A stretch of 64,000 nt of DNA from Balanoglossus misakiensis (Eukaryota; Animalia; Hemichordata): positions 13,961,921-14,025,920 of the forward strand of contig CM082581.2 of NCBI GenBank assembly GCA_040954595.2, written 5' to 3'. Positions 39,528 through 51,600 of this stretch are shown piece after piece (position 1 is the stretch's first letter; the number at the start of each line of letters is the position of its first letter). Below the pieces are notes generated by a model. That model was not told the DNA's origin, ran no database searches, and was given only the letters and a program-made list of their open reading frames with translations. A program made the position numbers and the translations under genes.

Positions 39528-41654
39528 ATGTCACGTGACAACTACTCCCACATTCATTTCCGGATGTTGCAAATGGATGAATTGATGGCGAGAAGAGTGA
39601 GAGCAGAGATGGCATCTCAGTCCGTTTACAGCCAGATCAGCGAGGAATTTCTGGTCTGTCAGATCTGCTTCGAGGCGTTTACCAAACCGAAAGTACTACC
39701 GTGTCTCCACACGTTTTGTGAGGTATGTTTGATGCGAGTTGTTCCGAATCGAAGCAAAACAATCCCCTGTCCGATGTGTCGGTGCGAGACCTTGCTTCCA
39801 GAAAATGGCGTCGCTGGGCTGAAGGATAATTTCTTCATTCTGAACCTCTCCGACGCGTTCACTCAGAAAGAACAAAGTCCGAACCGCAAAGCGTTTTGCA
39901 CCGTGTGCCCGGGATCAGACCCAGCAGAAGCGTCTTCAAGATGTCTTGAATGTGTTGATTTCCTGTGCGACAACTGCGCGGCCACTCACGATCACCGCAT
40001 CGCTCGATTCACCCGCCGCCATCGAGTGATTTCGCTGTCGGGAGAAGGTGGCCAGAACGCGCAGAAGAAAGTCCGATACGAAGCCCCTTGCCTCAAACAC
40101 GACACCGAAACATTGCGTTTCTATTGTGAGACGTGCGACACGCCCATCTGTCGCGACTGCATCCTGATCGAGCACAAAGACCACGTCCATACGTATTTGA
40201 AAGAAGAGGTAACCAAACACAAAAATGTCATCGACGGTCTCATGAAAGACGTGAAAGAGAAAATATCCGCATTTCAAGACGTTTGTGATAATGTCGAGGA
40301 GGTTGAAGCCAATGTAATCGCAAATCGAGGCCAAGCAGAATACATCATCCAGAAAACAGTTGACGATTTCGTGACCTCCATCAAAAAACAAGGTGAAGAG
40401 TTGATGAAGAAGCTGGATCGGATATGCACCAGTCGGCTAAAGCACCTGGCCGCCCACAAAGATAGCCTCAAATCCGGACTTGAGAATTTGACCGATGGCT
40501 TTGAGTTTACAGAAAGGGCACTCCAGCATGGGAGTGATTTGGAAATTCTGTCGATCAAGGATCAAGTAGTGGAGCGACTGCAGGGGTTATCCCATATATC
40601 GCCACAACAAGACATGACCCTGGAGCGACTGAGCCACCTGTACTTCATAGCCAGTGAGAACTTGCAAAACCCGAAGATGCACCCACTCGGAGAAATAAAG
40701 TACGAAAGTCGGGAGAACGGCAACTCATCCGATTCATCACCGCAGGATTCCCCGACTGAGCTGAAAGAAGGCGATGCAGCAAGAGCCGCAATGATTGCAG
40801 CAGAGTTGCAAAAGATGAAGCTGGTGATGGAGTTGAATGATAGCGCACATGATGGAGAGTTTGACTGGCCGAGTGGAGTTGCTGCTACAGATGACGGTGA
40901 CTACCTAGTCGTGGCCGACCGAGACAACGACAGGATTCAAGTCTACAACAAAGACGGCAAGTTTGAGTGCAAGTTTGGGTCACATGGTCGACGCAACGGC
41001 CAGTTTGAGTTGCCGCTTGATGTGGCAGTGAGTGAAGAAGACGACACCTATGTCTTCATCACTGATGAGTATAATCATCGTGTTCAGAAGTTTACTCTTT
41101 ACGGCCAGTATATACTGCACTTTGGAGATGATGGTGTCTTCAAACAGCCGTATGGGATTGCCGTTGACAAGAAAAGGAAGCGGATTGTCGTGTCAGACAT
41201 CGGAAAGCACAGGATCACAATCCATGATCTGGAGGGGAAACTGCTCCACAGCTTTGGATCCCGTGGTGATGATCACTCCAAGTTCAACGAGCCGCGCTAT
41301 GTTGCAGTCGATGATCAACTCGATCGCATCATCATCTCCGATCACTGCAATCACTGCATGAAGATCTTCGACATCAATGGAAAGCACATCCGCACCGTAG
41401 GCTCTTGCGGAACTGGGCCCGGACAATTCATCGGTCCAACTGGAGTCTGCACTGACAAAGACAGCAACATCATCATCGCCGACTGTGCTGATCGCGTACA
41501 GCTCTTCTCGCCAGAGGGAAAGTTCATCCGGTTGATCGTCAGTGAAGTTGACGGAATCAGCGGTCCGTTGGGAATGGCAAATACCAGGGATGGGTTGCTC
41601 GTGGTTACCAACCTTGGCACTCATCGAGTCAATGCATTCAGGTACACAAATTAA
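39528..41654 (+). CDS. Intronless TRIM-NHL E3 ubiquitin ligase (RING, B-box1, B-box2, coiled coil, NHL repeats; TRIM2/3/71-like family)
   Basis: C3HC4 RING CQIC...CLHTFCEVC...CPMC, two B-boxes, coiled coil, and about six NHL repeats (FDWPSGVA, FELPLDVA, FKQPYGIA, FNEPRYVA, FIGPTGVC, ISGPLGMA). The true start may be a downstream Met. Confidence 0.92.
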   Translation: MSRDNYSHIHFRMLQMDELMARRVRAEMASQSVYSQISEEFLVCQICFEAFTKPKVLPCLHTFCEVCLMRVVPNRSKTIPCPMCRCETLLPENGVAGLKDNFFILNLSDAFTQKEQSPNRKAFCTVCPGSDPAEASSRCLECVDFLCDNCAATHDHRIARFTRRHRVISLSGEGGQNAQKKVRYEAPCLKHDTETLRFYCETCDTPICRDCILIEHKDHVHTYLKEEVTKHKNVIDGLMKDVKEKISAFQDVCDNVEEVEANVIANRGQAEYIIQKTVDDFVTSIKKQGEELMKKLDRICTSRLKHLAAHKDSLKSGLENLTDGFEFTERALQHGSDLEILSIKDQVVERLQGLSHISPQQDMTLERLSHLYFIASENLQNPKMHPLGEIKYESRENGNSSDSSPQDSPTELKEGDAARAAMIAAELQKMKLVMELNDSAHDGEFDWPSGVAATDDGDYLVVADRDNDRIQVYNKDGKFECKFGSHGRRNGQFELPLDVAVSEEDDTYVFITDEYNHRVQKFTLYGQYILHFGDDGVFKQPYGIAVDKKRKRIVVSDIGKHRITIHDLEGKLLHSFGSRGDDHSKFNEPRYVAVDDQLDRIIISDHCNHCMKIFDINGKHIRTVGSCGTGPGQFIGPTGVCTDKDSNIIIADCADRVQLFSPEGKFIRLIVSEVDGISGPLGMANTRDGLLVVTNLGTHRVNAFRYTN

Positions 41655-44600
41655 AGATGAAGGCATGTGAGCTGATGCTTGATAGTAAATGGGATTTTTG
41701 GCACCATTTGGGAACACCGGCTTTTACACATAACTGTGAAGAAATCCAAAACATAAGATGTGATCTCTCACTCTAAATGTGACCCTGTTCGAATAGTACG
41801 GATTTCAAGATCTGTGAACCAGTGCTTTTGGTTGGAAACTAAAATTCCAAGATAACACCAATACAATTCAAGGTGAAGTCTTTCAAGCTTGTTTCACAGG
41901 GTTGTAGCGACTTTTCATAATCATTAGTTAAACAATACGTTGTATACAAAATGTTTCTTTTTTCTGGACTAGAAAACATTTACAAAAAAATCAACAGTGA
42001 GTTCACTTGTGGTTAAAAAGTCTTCCCACACAGTTAATTAATGGGTGATAATTTATCTGTCACAATAATTTATATATGTCACAACTTATGGGATATTAAG
42101 TATATTTGAGAACAAATATTAGAAGTGAGTCAACTGCATTCATATTTGGAAATTTTCATGTCATATTTAGACTATTTAGGTCTTGCTGTTATATATGTCT
42201 GCTAGACTGCTTTTATGAAATCTTTCCTATAGACTTAAATTGTATAACTCATACAGTTGATGGTTGACCTTTGATCTTGCATTCTGTCCCTGATTATAAT
42301 GAACACGATATCAATAATCATACTGTTTCTTCTAGAGGATGATAGAAGCTAAATCATACAAAGATTCTACTATTGTATTCTATTTTACCCAATCCTTGCC
42401 AAGTATTTCAGTGATGTTTGCAAATGCCTAGAAATCCAGGCTCTTCAGTCTGCCCTTCAGCTATGACCTTCTTGTAGTCAGCTACTTGTAGTACCATAAA
42501 ATATATCGCGCAATATGGTTTAATGTGAAGACATTTAATACTTGCATGCTTCATCAGAATTTATTTCATGCCACTACTTAAAATTTTAGGTTCAACTTGA
42601 ACATAATTTACAAATATGTAAATGAGTGTCAATATGTCATATCTTACATTGTATTATAAATGTAAGACTTAAACTTGCATATTTAACAACTTATTATATT
42701 TATGGAGTAATTTCACATATTAAAACCTCATAGCTTAAACTAGATGCATATTCAAAATAGAATAGGAAGGGTATTTCAATAATGTACTGCATGATTGCAC
42801 AGAGACATTGATGTATATGTCTTTCCTTCAAATGTGTCATATTTATCTTGCAAGGTAGTATCGTCAAGGATGAATATTTAAAAGCCATCTAATCCCTTGA
42901 GGACAACTCTTTGTGTCTTGAAATATAATCTCTCCTTTGATAATCCGCTGCTGAAAAAACAATGAGTAGGTTTGCTTATAATAATTGATATTATAAACTG
43001 GTTTACATGAATAATTTGAGCCCTAGATGATGTGTTTGTGTTCCAAGTGTCACAGTATAAATAAGGCTTTACCTTTAGGAGTAATTAGTCATACTAGACG
43101 GAAGAATTAGGTTTCTTTCAGAGTTGGATTTCTTTTACAAAGTAAAGAGAGACAGGAAAGCAATGGAGTAATTTTAGTGAAAAGCTAAACATTTCTAGGC
43201 AAACATGAATCATGGCGATTGGCGTCGTCACGGTGATATGTAGTCTGAATAAATGAAAATGGACAAAAAGAATGTGGAAAGTGACAACGAAATATAAATT
43301 TATAGAGTTGATTTATTTTTTATGGAAGCGTAATTGGCATTTACAAATTGTGTAATTTTCTTTCGTATCTGATGTGAAGTGTTGAATTGTGTGGTGACAG
43401 GTGAGTTTCTGGCAGTAGATGTGTTTTCTGCTTCAAATTGGGTTACTGAGAGGCCATTACTGGGGCATTGGTGTACAATTCCCAGTGCATGTAATCACAG
43501 ATCTTGCCTTGCAAATGAGTCACACAACTCCAAGCTTGGCCTTCTGTGGCATAGGTGATTTGTGAGGCCGATTGATTTTTTCAGCGATGACTGAAATTTG
43601 TAGAGAGCTGTCACCAACCGGCCTTGGTGTGTTTCACTGTATTAAAATTTGCATGTATCTCTAAATTATTTGAGCGAAGCTTTTGAAATAAATTAATTTG
43701 GAAATAGAAATGAAGCATTTGTTAGAATTAATTAAGAAATACACAGTACAGCATTGGTAGTGTAATTTGTTTTTCAAATTGTGATAGAAATAATGTATTC
43801 GGCAAAGATGTGCCGTCAGATCATTATTCTGCTGCGTTTGCATTTACAGAAATCCATGAAAGCTGGCGTTTCTTAAAATAGTGGCAACCTATAATTGGGG
43901 GGGGGGGGTCTATGATGTCAGTGCTGACATTTTGTTGAACAATGAATCTTTTCAGTGTCTGTACAATGCAGTAAACAGGATCCATAACTAGACTGAATCT
44001 TCATTTCTTTGATCAGTAAAGAAATCTGATGAATTTGGTTAGACAGCCAAAGGCACATTCATCATGGAGGTTTTTTTCTCTCTCTTTTGTGTAGTATATA
44101 TTCATTTTAGATATGACATCTATGTATTTATAAGGATGCTTTTATCTAGAAGTTAAAATGCTAAACGCACACAAAAATCTATAAATTTAAGTGTTTGTTT
44201 TGTCTTTTGGGGGGGGGGGAGTGCAACTTTAAAGAAAGGCATATTCGAAGGCTGACTGGGCTTTTGTGGACATGGGATGCATGTTAAGCCTTTCAGAGAG
44301 TTCGAAAGGTTGATCATATGTAAATGACATGTAAATAGAGTGTATGGTTGTGGGGCAAAGATGGAATTGAAGCAATGTGATGTGCTGTCTCGTTTAACCC
44401 CTGTACATTTTGGTTTGACCCAGTCATTGTAATGCATGGAGATGAGGGATTTTGTGTTTGTAGACTTCAAATCATTGATATTTCAGCAAGCTATTAATGT
44501 AACTATGGATAACTTATTAATGGATGTAAAGTATGTATCTCAAAAAATATGAACTCGTCAATGCATGATTTGTATAGATGTATAGATGTTGTAATTTATT

Positions 44601-44963
44601 TGACTTTGTCTTTAGAGTATTTCTGCATTTAACCATGTATTCATTCAGCTTCATGTCTGATATCAATGTTCATTTACATTCATTACTGAAATTCAGATGT
44701 TATGAAAATATGTATTTCTCATTTTAATGCCGTGTATGTACATGCATTGTTTTCTGTCAGCCACTTTGCAAGTGATGTAAATTTCAAGAGTACTATCTGT
44801 GATTGTAATAGTATAGCAGTGAAACTGACAATTTTATTACATGTACATTAGAAATGTCCAACTGTGAAGTACACCTGTCTCCTGTCGCTTATTTCTGTGT
44901 GTACTGTGTGGGAGTTGGAAATTTTCATCTCAGTTCTTGTCAATAAGTTGTATCAGAGAGGCG

Positions 44964-45000
44964 AATGAATGAATGAATGAATGAATGAATGAATGAATGA
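44964..45000. repeat. (GAAT)n microsatellite
   Basis: About nine perfect GAAT units. Confidence 0.9.
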
Positions 45001-45029
45001 TATGGGCATATGTAGGGAGTTCCCTATGA

Positions 45030-45410
45030 TGCATATGCGCAGAGCAGGCTCGGAGAACGCAGAGATCGGTGTAATTTTGAAACCGTTTCACGAATCTCGG
45101 GTTATTTTTGTGACGTCATCCGAGTTCACCTGAGGTCAGTCCATTGACCTGTACATACGATACGATACGTTAGGCCTTCTTCTCAAATTTAGCATGCGAT
45201 GTAAGAGTGTGGGTATTCATCATGAGTCACCTTGACTGAAATTAGCCCACGCACGTATCGAATCATTTCTTTTCAACTTCAAAACAAGCGAATTTCGTTA
45301 GTGAATATCAAATTAGTTGTAGTAAAGTGCGCCACCTAAGACTATGTGTAGCGAGGCAAGGTAATGTATAATATATGCAAATAAGGAACCATAGCAACAG
45401 TAAACACCCA
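45030..45410. promoter_or_regulatory. FAM184 upstream regulatory cluster
   Basis: NRF1-like TGCATATGCGCA at 45030-45041; CRE TGACGTCA at 45111-45118; DR4 AGTTCA-cctg-AGGTCA at 45123-45138; AP-1 TGAGTCA at about 45223; ATGCAAAT at 45375; X-box GGAACCATAGCAAC at 45385-45398; forkhead GTAAACA at 45400-45406. Confidence 0.55.
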
Positions 45411-45667
45411 GGAGCCGGAGAACACTACAGGTGATTTTGTATGTCACCGATAAAGAAAATACTTCCTTGGGATTCTAGAAATTAAAACGTTAGAATGGTC
45501 AAATATTACGTTTAAATCCCGTCGTTTAGATAGGAATGTTCACTGAAATTAGCTATGACGCGGAATGGACCAGTGTGTAAACATTTTTTCTTCCTCCATC
45601 GATCGACTGTCGGCCGCAAGTTGTCCTGCGCAGTGAAGTGGTTATAGGGCCAGGGACGGGGAACAAA

Positions 45668-48600
45668 ATGGCGGCGAAGATGTCGTTCAACTACTACAAG
45701 CACGGAAATTACGGCACCTTGCCCCAGAACGGGCAAACAAACATGGAAGTGACACCAGATCTCCACCTCAAGATGTCGAAAAAGATCGCCCAACTCACAA
45801 AGGTAAGCATTATTGGAACTGAGGCCAGTTTAGCTCCTCTAACGATTGGCTGCAGGGACCTGGGTGTTTGTAGGTAACGTTACTATTTGTAAACACAGTC
45901 ATTTAACTCGTCTGTCACTTACGCCGATGACTAAACAGTAGTCGTGATTAACGTTTGGTCGCGCTGTCGAGGGATCTGTACATTTTGCATACGACTGAAT
46001 GAAAATGGCATACATAGTGTCTGCCTCCTTGCTGATCGGTTTGTTTCCAAACCACACACCCACCCAGAGCAGAGAGTCCAGGGCTTCCAAATTCCATTGC
46101 CGCAGGGTATACAGTCACAAAAACAGGCAGGCACAGATACAAAAACTGTAAACATTCACCCAAAGACACTCATGTATTTGTTTATCTTCCTGTTTGTGAA
46201 AAGCACTTTCAGAAAATTTCTGTCAGAAAGAGACATGAGATAGACAGGGTGTTGGTTAGTATCCTGTTATGATACTATTGAGAGTGACATGCTGATAGTT
46301 TTCATGGCAGCCTATCCTCAGTTTCACATGAAACTACTGGTATATTTGTAGTACATGTACATGTATCCAGATAGCATTATTATGATGCATTGATGTGGAA
46401 AGTGAGCATTTAATAGCCATGGGACTTTTTATGGATAAATTTCACTGCATCTCTATGTTTATCTAAGTGGGGAAAGTTTCAGTCTTGTTAAAAACAAATG
46501 CCACATGAAATGAAATCTGCTACTCAAGGCATGATTAAAAGCTCAGAAACATTATCAAAAAATCCCATATTTAAAAGGTCAGATTATGAATGGAATTTTA
46601 ATGGTGGAAAGAATCACAAGTCTCTGACCTTTGCCATAATGTTTCCTGTGTATGACAATGCATGAAAGTTTTTCAGGAGATCTCTATCCTGTATGTCAAA
46701 TACATTCCTGATCAGAAATGAATGCATTGATCTTCCTTCTACAAAGAAACTAAATTACTTGACTGTTGAATATGACATGTATCCCTGGACAGTCTGAGCT
46801 TGTTTTTGGCAGCCTGCTGTAAAATGTAAACTTTTCAGGTTATTTCCAATAAACTTTAATGGGATTCTCTACAATTTATGACATCTTTAACCTACATTGG
46901 TACTTAGTGGCTTTGACTCTGTCAAGCAGAATTTAGAACAAAAATTGATACTTGGGCCAGGCATGATCGGTACGATACGGGCTACTGTAGTTACACTTGA
47001 TGAACATCACCATAAAGATTAGGTCAGCCACTGAGCTTCTTTTACCATCTTTTCTTGTCTTGAAATATAAATTCCCAAGTTACACTCAGCGTTGGTATAT
47101 CAAATTGTAACCAGCTTGTCTACACATCAGAGAACATCACTGCCTAGGGTCTGTGACCTTCAGGGAAACCAATTAGAAATTTAGGTTATCTCCTCAAAGT
47201 CTTTAACATTCCTGCCAGAATGGCTCTGTTTGTCCATACTAGTGTTACTTAGTAATCTTTAAGATAAATGGCCTGATGTCTATAAACAGCTGTTGTCAGG
47301 CTACGACTTCTAACTGCCAACCAGCAACAGATTAGTATCCTCACTTTCTGGAAAGCAGTAGCTGAAAGTTTATGGTTTGGGGACTTTTCATGCCTGTATT
47401 ATTCATAGCCTCCTGAGCAAATGTAATGGTTTGATGGACATAATTAACAGTTAGCACAGCACAGTATTACATGTAGCACAGTAAATACAACAGTGATCAA
47501 ACCTCTTTCTTTTTCTTGGGAAACCAAAGTTGATGGCTGTTTCCACTCCATCAGACAGAAATTACAACTACTGAAAGGTTATAGTTCCGGACATTGATAC
47601 ATGTTTTGAGAGTCTCGTGTGCCCAATGCAAACCAGCTGCCATGGCATGTGTGTGTGCACGCGAGTGCCCGCTGCTTGTAAGCCACAGGGATTGGATTGA
47701 TGTTGTGAATGATTCACACAAATTGAAAAGAATGTTGAATTCAAACAAACATATCAATACTCAGAAAGCGTTGATATTGCTCTGTGTTGGCTCTGACAAG
47801 GCATTTCAGAAATTTCAGCATTGTCTGTCTGCAGGGCAAATGTAGAATTACCGGTAGATTATATAAGAAATACCCCTGGTACATTTACATGCTGTGCATG
47901 GAATCTGACAAGTATATCTACTTGTATTCCTATGTAAGAATCAGCATGTTTGTCAATTAAAGGTCAAAATTGAATCTGTTTTTATTTTGCTTTTAACAGG
48001 TGATCTATGCCCTCAATACTAAGAATGATGAGCATGAACAGATTGTACAGAGTCTGAAAGACGTACATGAAGAAGAAATACAACAGTTGATGGCAGAAAC
48101 AAAAGACAAACTCTCCCTGTACAAAAGTAAGATCAACAGCGACACCGATCAGAGACGCCGGATCGAAACGTTAGAAATGAGCATTGCTGAACACGAACGA
48201 CAGAGGAGAGAAATGACGGCAGAGTTTTCCGGTCATAAAAGGAAAGCAGAAGAGAGAGAAATGCAGCTTACAGTGGAACATTCACAGAAAATTTTAAATT
48301 TGTCAAAAGAACTTCTGCAAGTGAAAAAAGACTTTGAGGCAAAGCTTCAACATTTCGAAGATATGCAAATGAGGTATACAAAGGACAAGCAGGCCTTGAT
48401 GGACGACATGAGAAAAGCGCACGCCAAGGAAATCGATGAATTGCTCAGAGCACAGCACATGCAGCAGTCAGATTTGTCCAGCGAGAAGGGAAAACTTGAA
48501 CAACAGTACAGAGAAGAAATAACCCAGTTACAAAATAAATACGAGCAGCTGATGACTGATAAAAGCCAAATGTGTGAGGACTATGAGGCGAAATTGAGCA

Positions 48601-51600
48601 AAGCGCAGGCATTTTACGAGAAAGAACTTGAAGTGTTGCGACAGAATGAGCTGAAAAACAGGACTCAGGAGTGGCAAGAAAGGGAGATTGCACTGAAAAG
48701 ACAGTTTGCAGAGAAGGAACAAAATTTACACAGGAAAGTTGAAGAGCTTACGAATCAGTTGGAATTGAGTGAGGCGGATGTAGCGGCTCTCAAACTCAAA
48801 CTAGACCAAACTGAAAGTAGTCTTCAATCAAGAGAGGGAGATACAGTTGAATTAAACAAACAGGTAATGAGTTTGTTGACTTTACTATGTCAAGGTCACA
48901 GGTTGATGATGTCAAGGTCTCTGGTATATTATCAAAGTTCATGAGACAATACAGTGATAGCCACACCCGAAATTACTAAGAATAAGACGGCTTCTTTCAG
49001 TTAATTTTTCAATTGTAGAAAAGAGCATTGATGTGTGCATACACTTTTTATTTATAACACATTGACCTCAGAATCCCTGGAAACTTGATATCCTGATTTT
49101 GTTACATGTCACAGTTGGATTCCTAGTGACCTGTTTAACGGGTTAAAAACTTTCGTATCATGTTTGCTGTATCTCTGCACTTCTTGAAGCAGAAGTCTGG
49201 GAGGATGTGCAAAGTATAAGTATCGAGTAGAAGGAGAAACAGGAAGATGATACATACAACAAAAAACAACAGAAGGGCTGATACAAATGTAATTTGATGT
49301 GTAACTAATTTGCTGACAATTTTTACATTTCAGCTGGCGTATGCTAAACAAGAAGCATCAATAGCCATGACTAGATTAAAACAAGTAGAAGGAGAATTGA
49401 TTGCATCCAAAGAGAGAGGCTCCCAGCAAGCTACAGAACTGCTGAAAAAATCCAGTAAGTAGGAAAGAAAAGATAAATCTGAAGCTTGAATGATAGACAT
49501 GTAGAAGTATGACTGGAATGTCCTGACAGCTGTGAATTGTCCTGTCACACTTCTCAAGTTGTGTTATGTCATTAAAAGAACATATATGTAAATAGATCCC
49601 CTGGATAGTTCTGGCTGTGTGATGGCTGGACACAAATTGACATAGTTTGTATGCAGCTGGAATGGTCAGTTCAAAAGCTGTGATGGATATGTGCATGTAT
49701 GTGAACGATCTCAGAACAGTTGAAAATACATGAATTAAAATTAAACCCTTCACATAACAATTGTCTTACAGGTATGCTGGGTACATTAGAAGCAACTAGA
49801 ATTAGCAATGAATCTACTATCAAGGATTTACAAAGTGAACTTTCCAAGGCCAAAGACAGACTGTCCTGGTTGGAAAATGAACGGAAGAGTTTGAAAAACC
49901 AGAGTCAATCTTTGGCTCAGGAAAAGGGGGATCAACTCAAGGCCCTAGAAAAGGTATGTTTGAAACTGGAAGTGGATCTGTCCAAGGGCACCTTATGTCA
50001 TTTTCTGAAAAAGTAAAATAGAAATTAAAATCATGAAGTAAATATATTATCAGTTTGTTGATGTGCTACTAATAAAACAGCTTACACAGACTCCATGATT
50101 TTTTACCACAGGCATTAGAAGATTTATCTTCAGAGAAGGAGGCATTGCGAGAGAAGTATGAGAGGCAACTAGATACAGCCAATGAGATGGCCAAGGATGA
50201 CAAAGCCAAACTTCTAAAAGAACATGAAGCAAACATCACAGAGTTACTGAGGAGGCACAAAGGGGAATTAGAAAATGCAAAGAAAACCGCTAAAGAACAG
50301 TTGGAACTTATCAAAGAGGTGAGTTCATGATGATTTTTGTGTTTGAAAAATTTAATCCAGTGCAGTGATTGTACCTTTTATGAGTGGTTTACATCGCAGA
50401 CATGGTTCCATGGGAAATAAAACTAAATTCTGCCATTCTCTCTTGACAGCAACTGCAGCAAAGACTTGAAGAAGAAAAGGACAAACTTCACAAAGAAAAC
50501 GATGCTGTTCAGGCTGAACTTGAGAAGGTCAAGTCTGAATTGACACAAAAACTGGAAACGGCACAAGCAGAGATTGACAGGTTGCAGAAACTGGTGGAAG
50601 ACAGTGAACATGGACTCGGCTCTGCCAGTTCACATATAGATAGTCTCAGGGGTTTGAATAGTAAACTGCAGTCAGAGTTGGATGATACGAAAACCAAACT
50701 GCGAAATTCTGAGAGTGGTGCAAACTCACTGAAGGTTTGTGAATTTATTTGTGCTGGTTGCGTTTTTGTGAGGCTTGGCAAGATGGTTGGTGAAAATATA
50801 CAAGGGAGGTTTTTGATGATTCCTACCTGTAAGACAAAGTGGAATTCATATGTCGCTAATAATAATGTTGTCTTTTATTTTTACACAGACTGATATTGAA
50901 CGACTGAAGAGAGAGCGTGAGAATCAGATGGAGGCCGCCAGAAATGAAATGAAGATGAAATTAGATCAGCTCTCCAGGGATCTAGATGGCAAATGGGCTG
51001 ACACTTTGAGGTATGCCAATCAATTGAACTATTGATCACTTTTATTTAGTGGTGCATAGTTGTGACATTTAAGTTAGACTGAAGTTTTTTTCTGTAATCT
51101 CTTTTCACGCTACATTTCAGTTTGTAGGAATAAAACATCACTCGTTTGATTGAATCCATTTTCTTTTTTCCAAAGGCAAGAATGTCATAAACTGCGAATG
51201 GAATTGACAGATCAACACATGGAAGACAAGAAAGCTGCTCTGCAACAATTCAAACTTCTGAAAGATCAAGAGATGGACGCTGCCAGGCAGGGCTGGCAGG
51301 TCAAAGTTGAAGATCTCCTTGAGCAGGTAGGTGAACTGTGTAAAAAATTTAGATGTGATTCTGGACAGGGCAGATGTATTTCATCAGTGAGATCTACCAG
51401 ACACTGTAGCTTCTCAAAGTCTTTAACCACAATATTTTCTTCCTCAAACAGATCTCTACATTGAAAAAGAACCTTTCCAACAAGATCCAGGAGACTTCTG
51501 ATGAAGCGGCAGAGATGAAAGAAGCCATGGAGAAGGAGGTAGCCAGACTGCGACAAGAAATGAATGAGGCGGCCGAGGAGTATGGCAGAAGAGTTGCAGC

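Noticed and set aside
39936-41717. Long antisense ORFs (151 and 174 aa) opposite the TRIM gene, and similar ORFs opposite other exons
   Set aside because: Shadow ORFs of coding-strand codon bias with no recognisable motifs.
41655-44960. 3.3-kb gene-free AT-rich stretch
   Set aside because: Consistent with TRIM 3' UTR and intergenic DNA (AATAAA at ~43249). No exon chain, repeat or structured RNA recognised.
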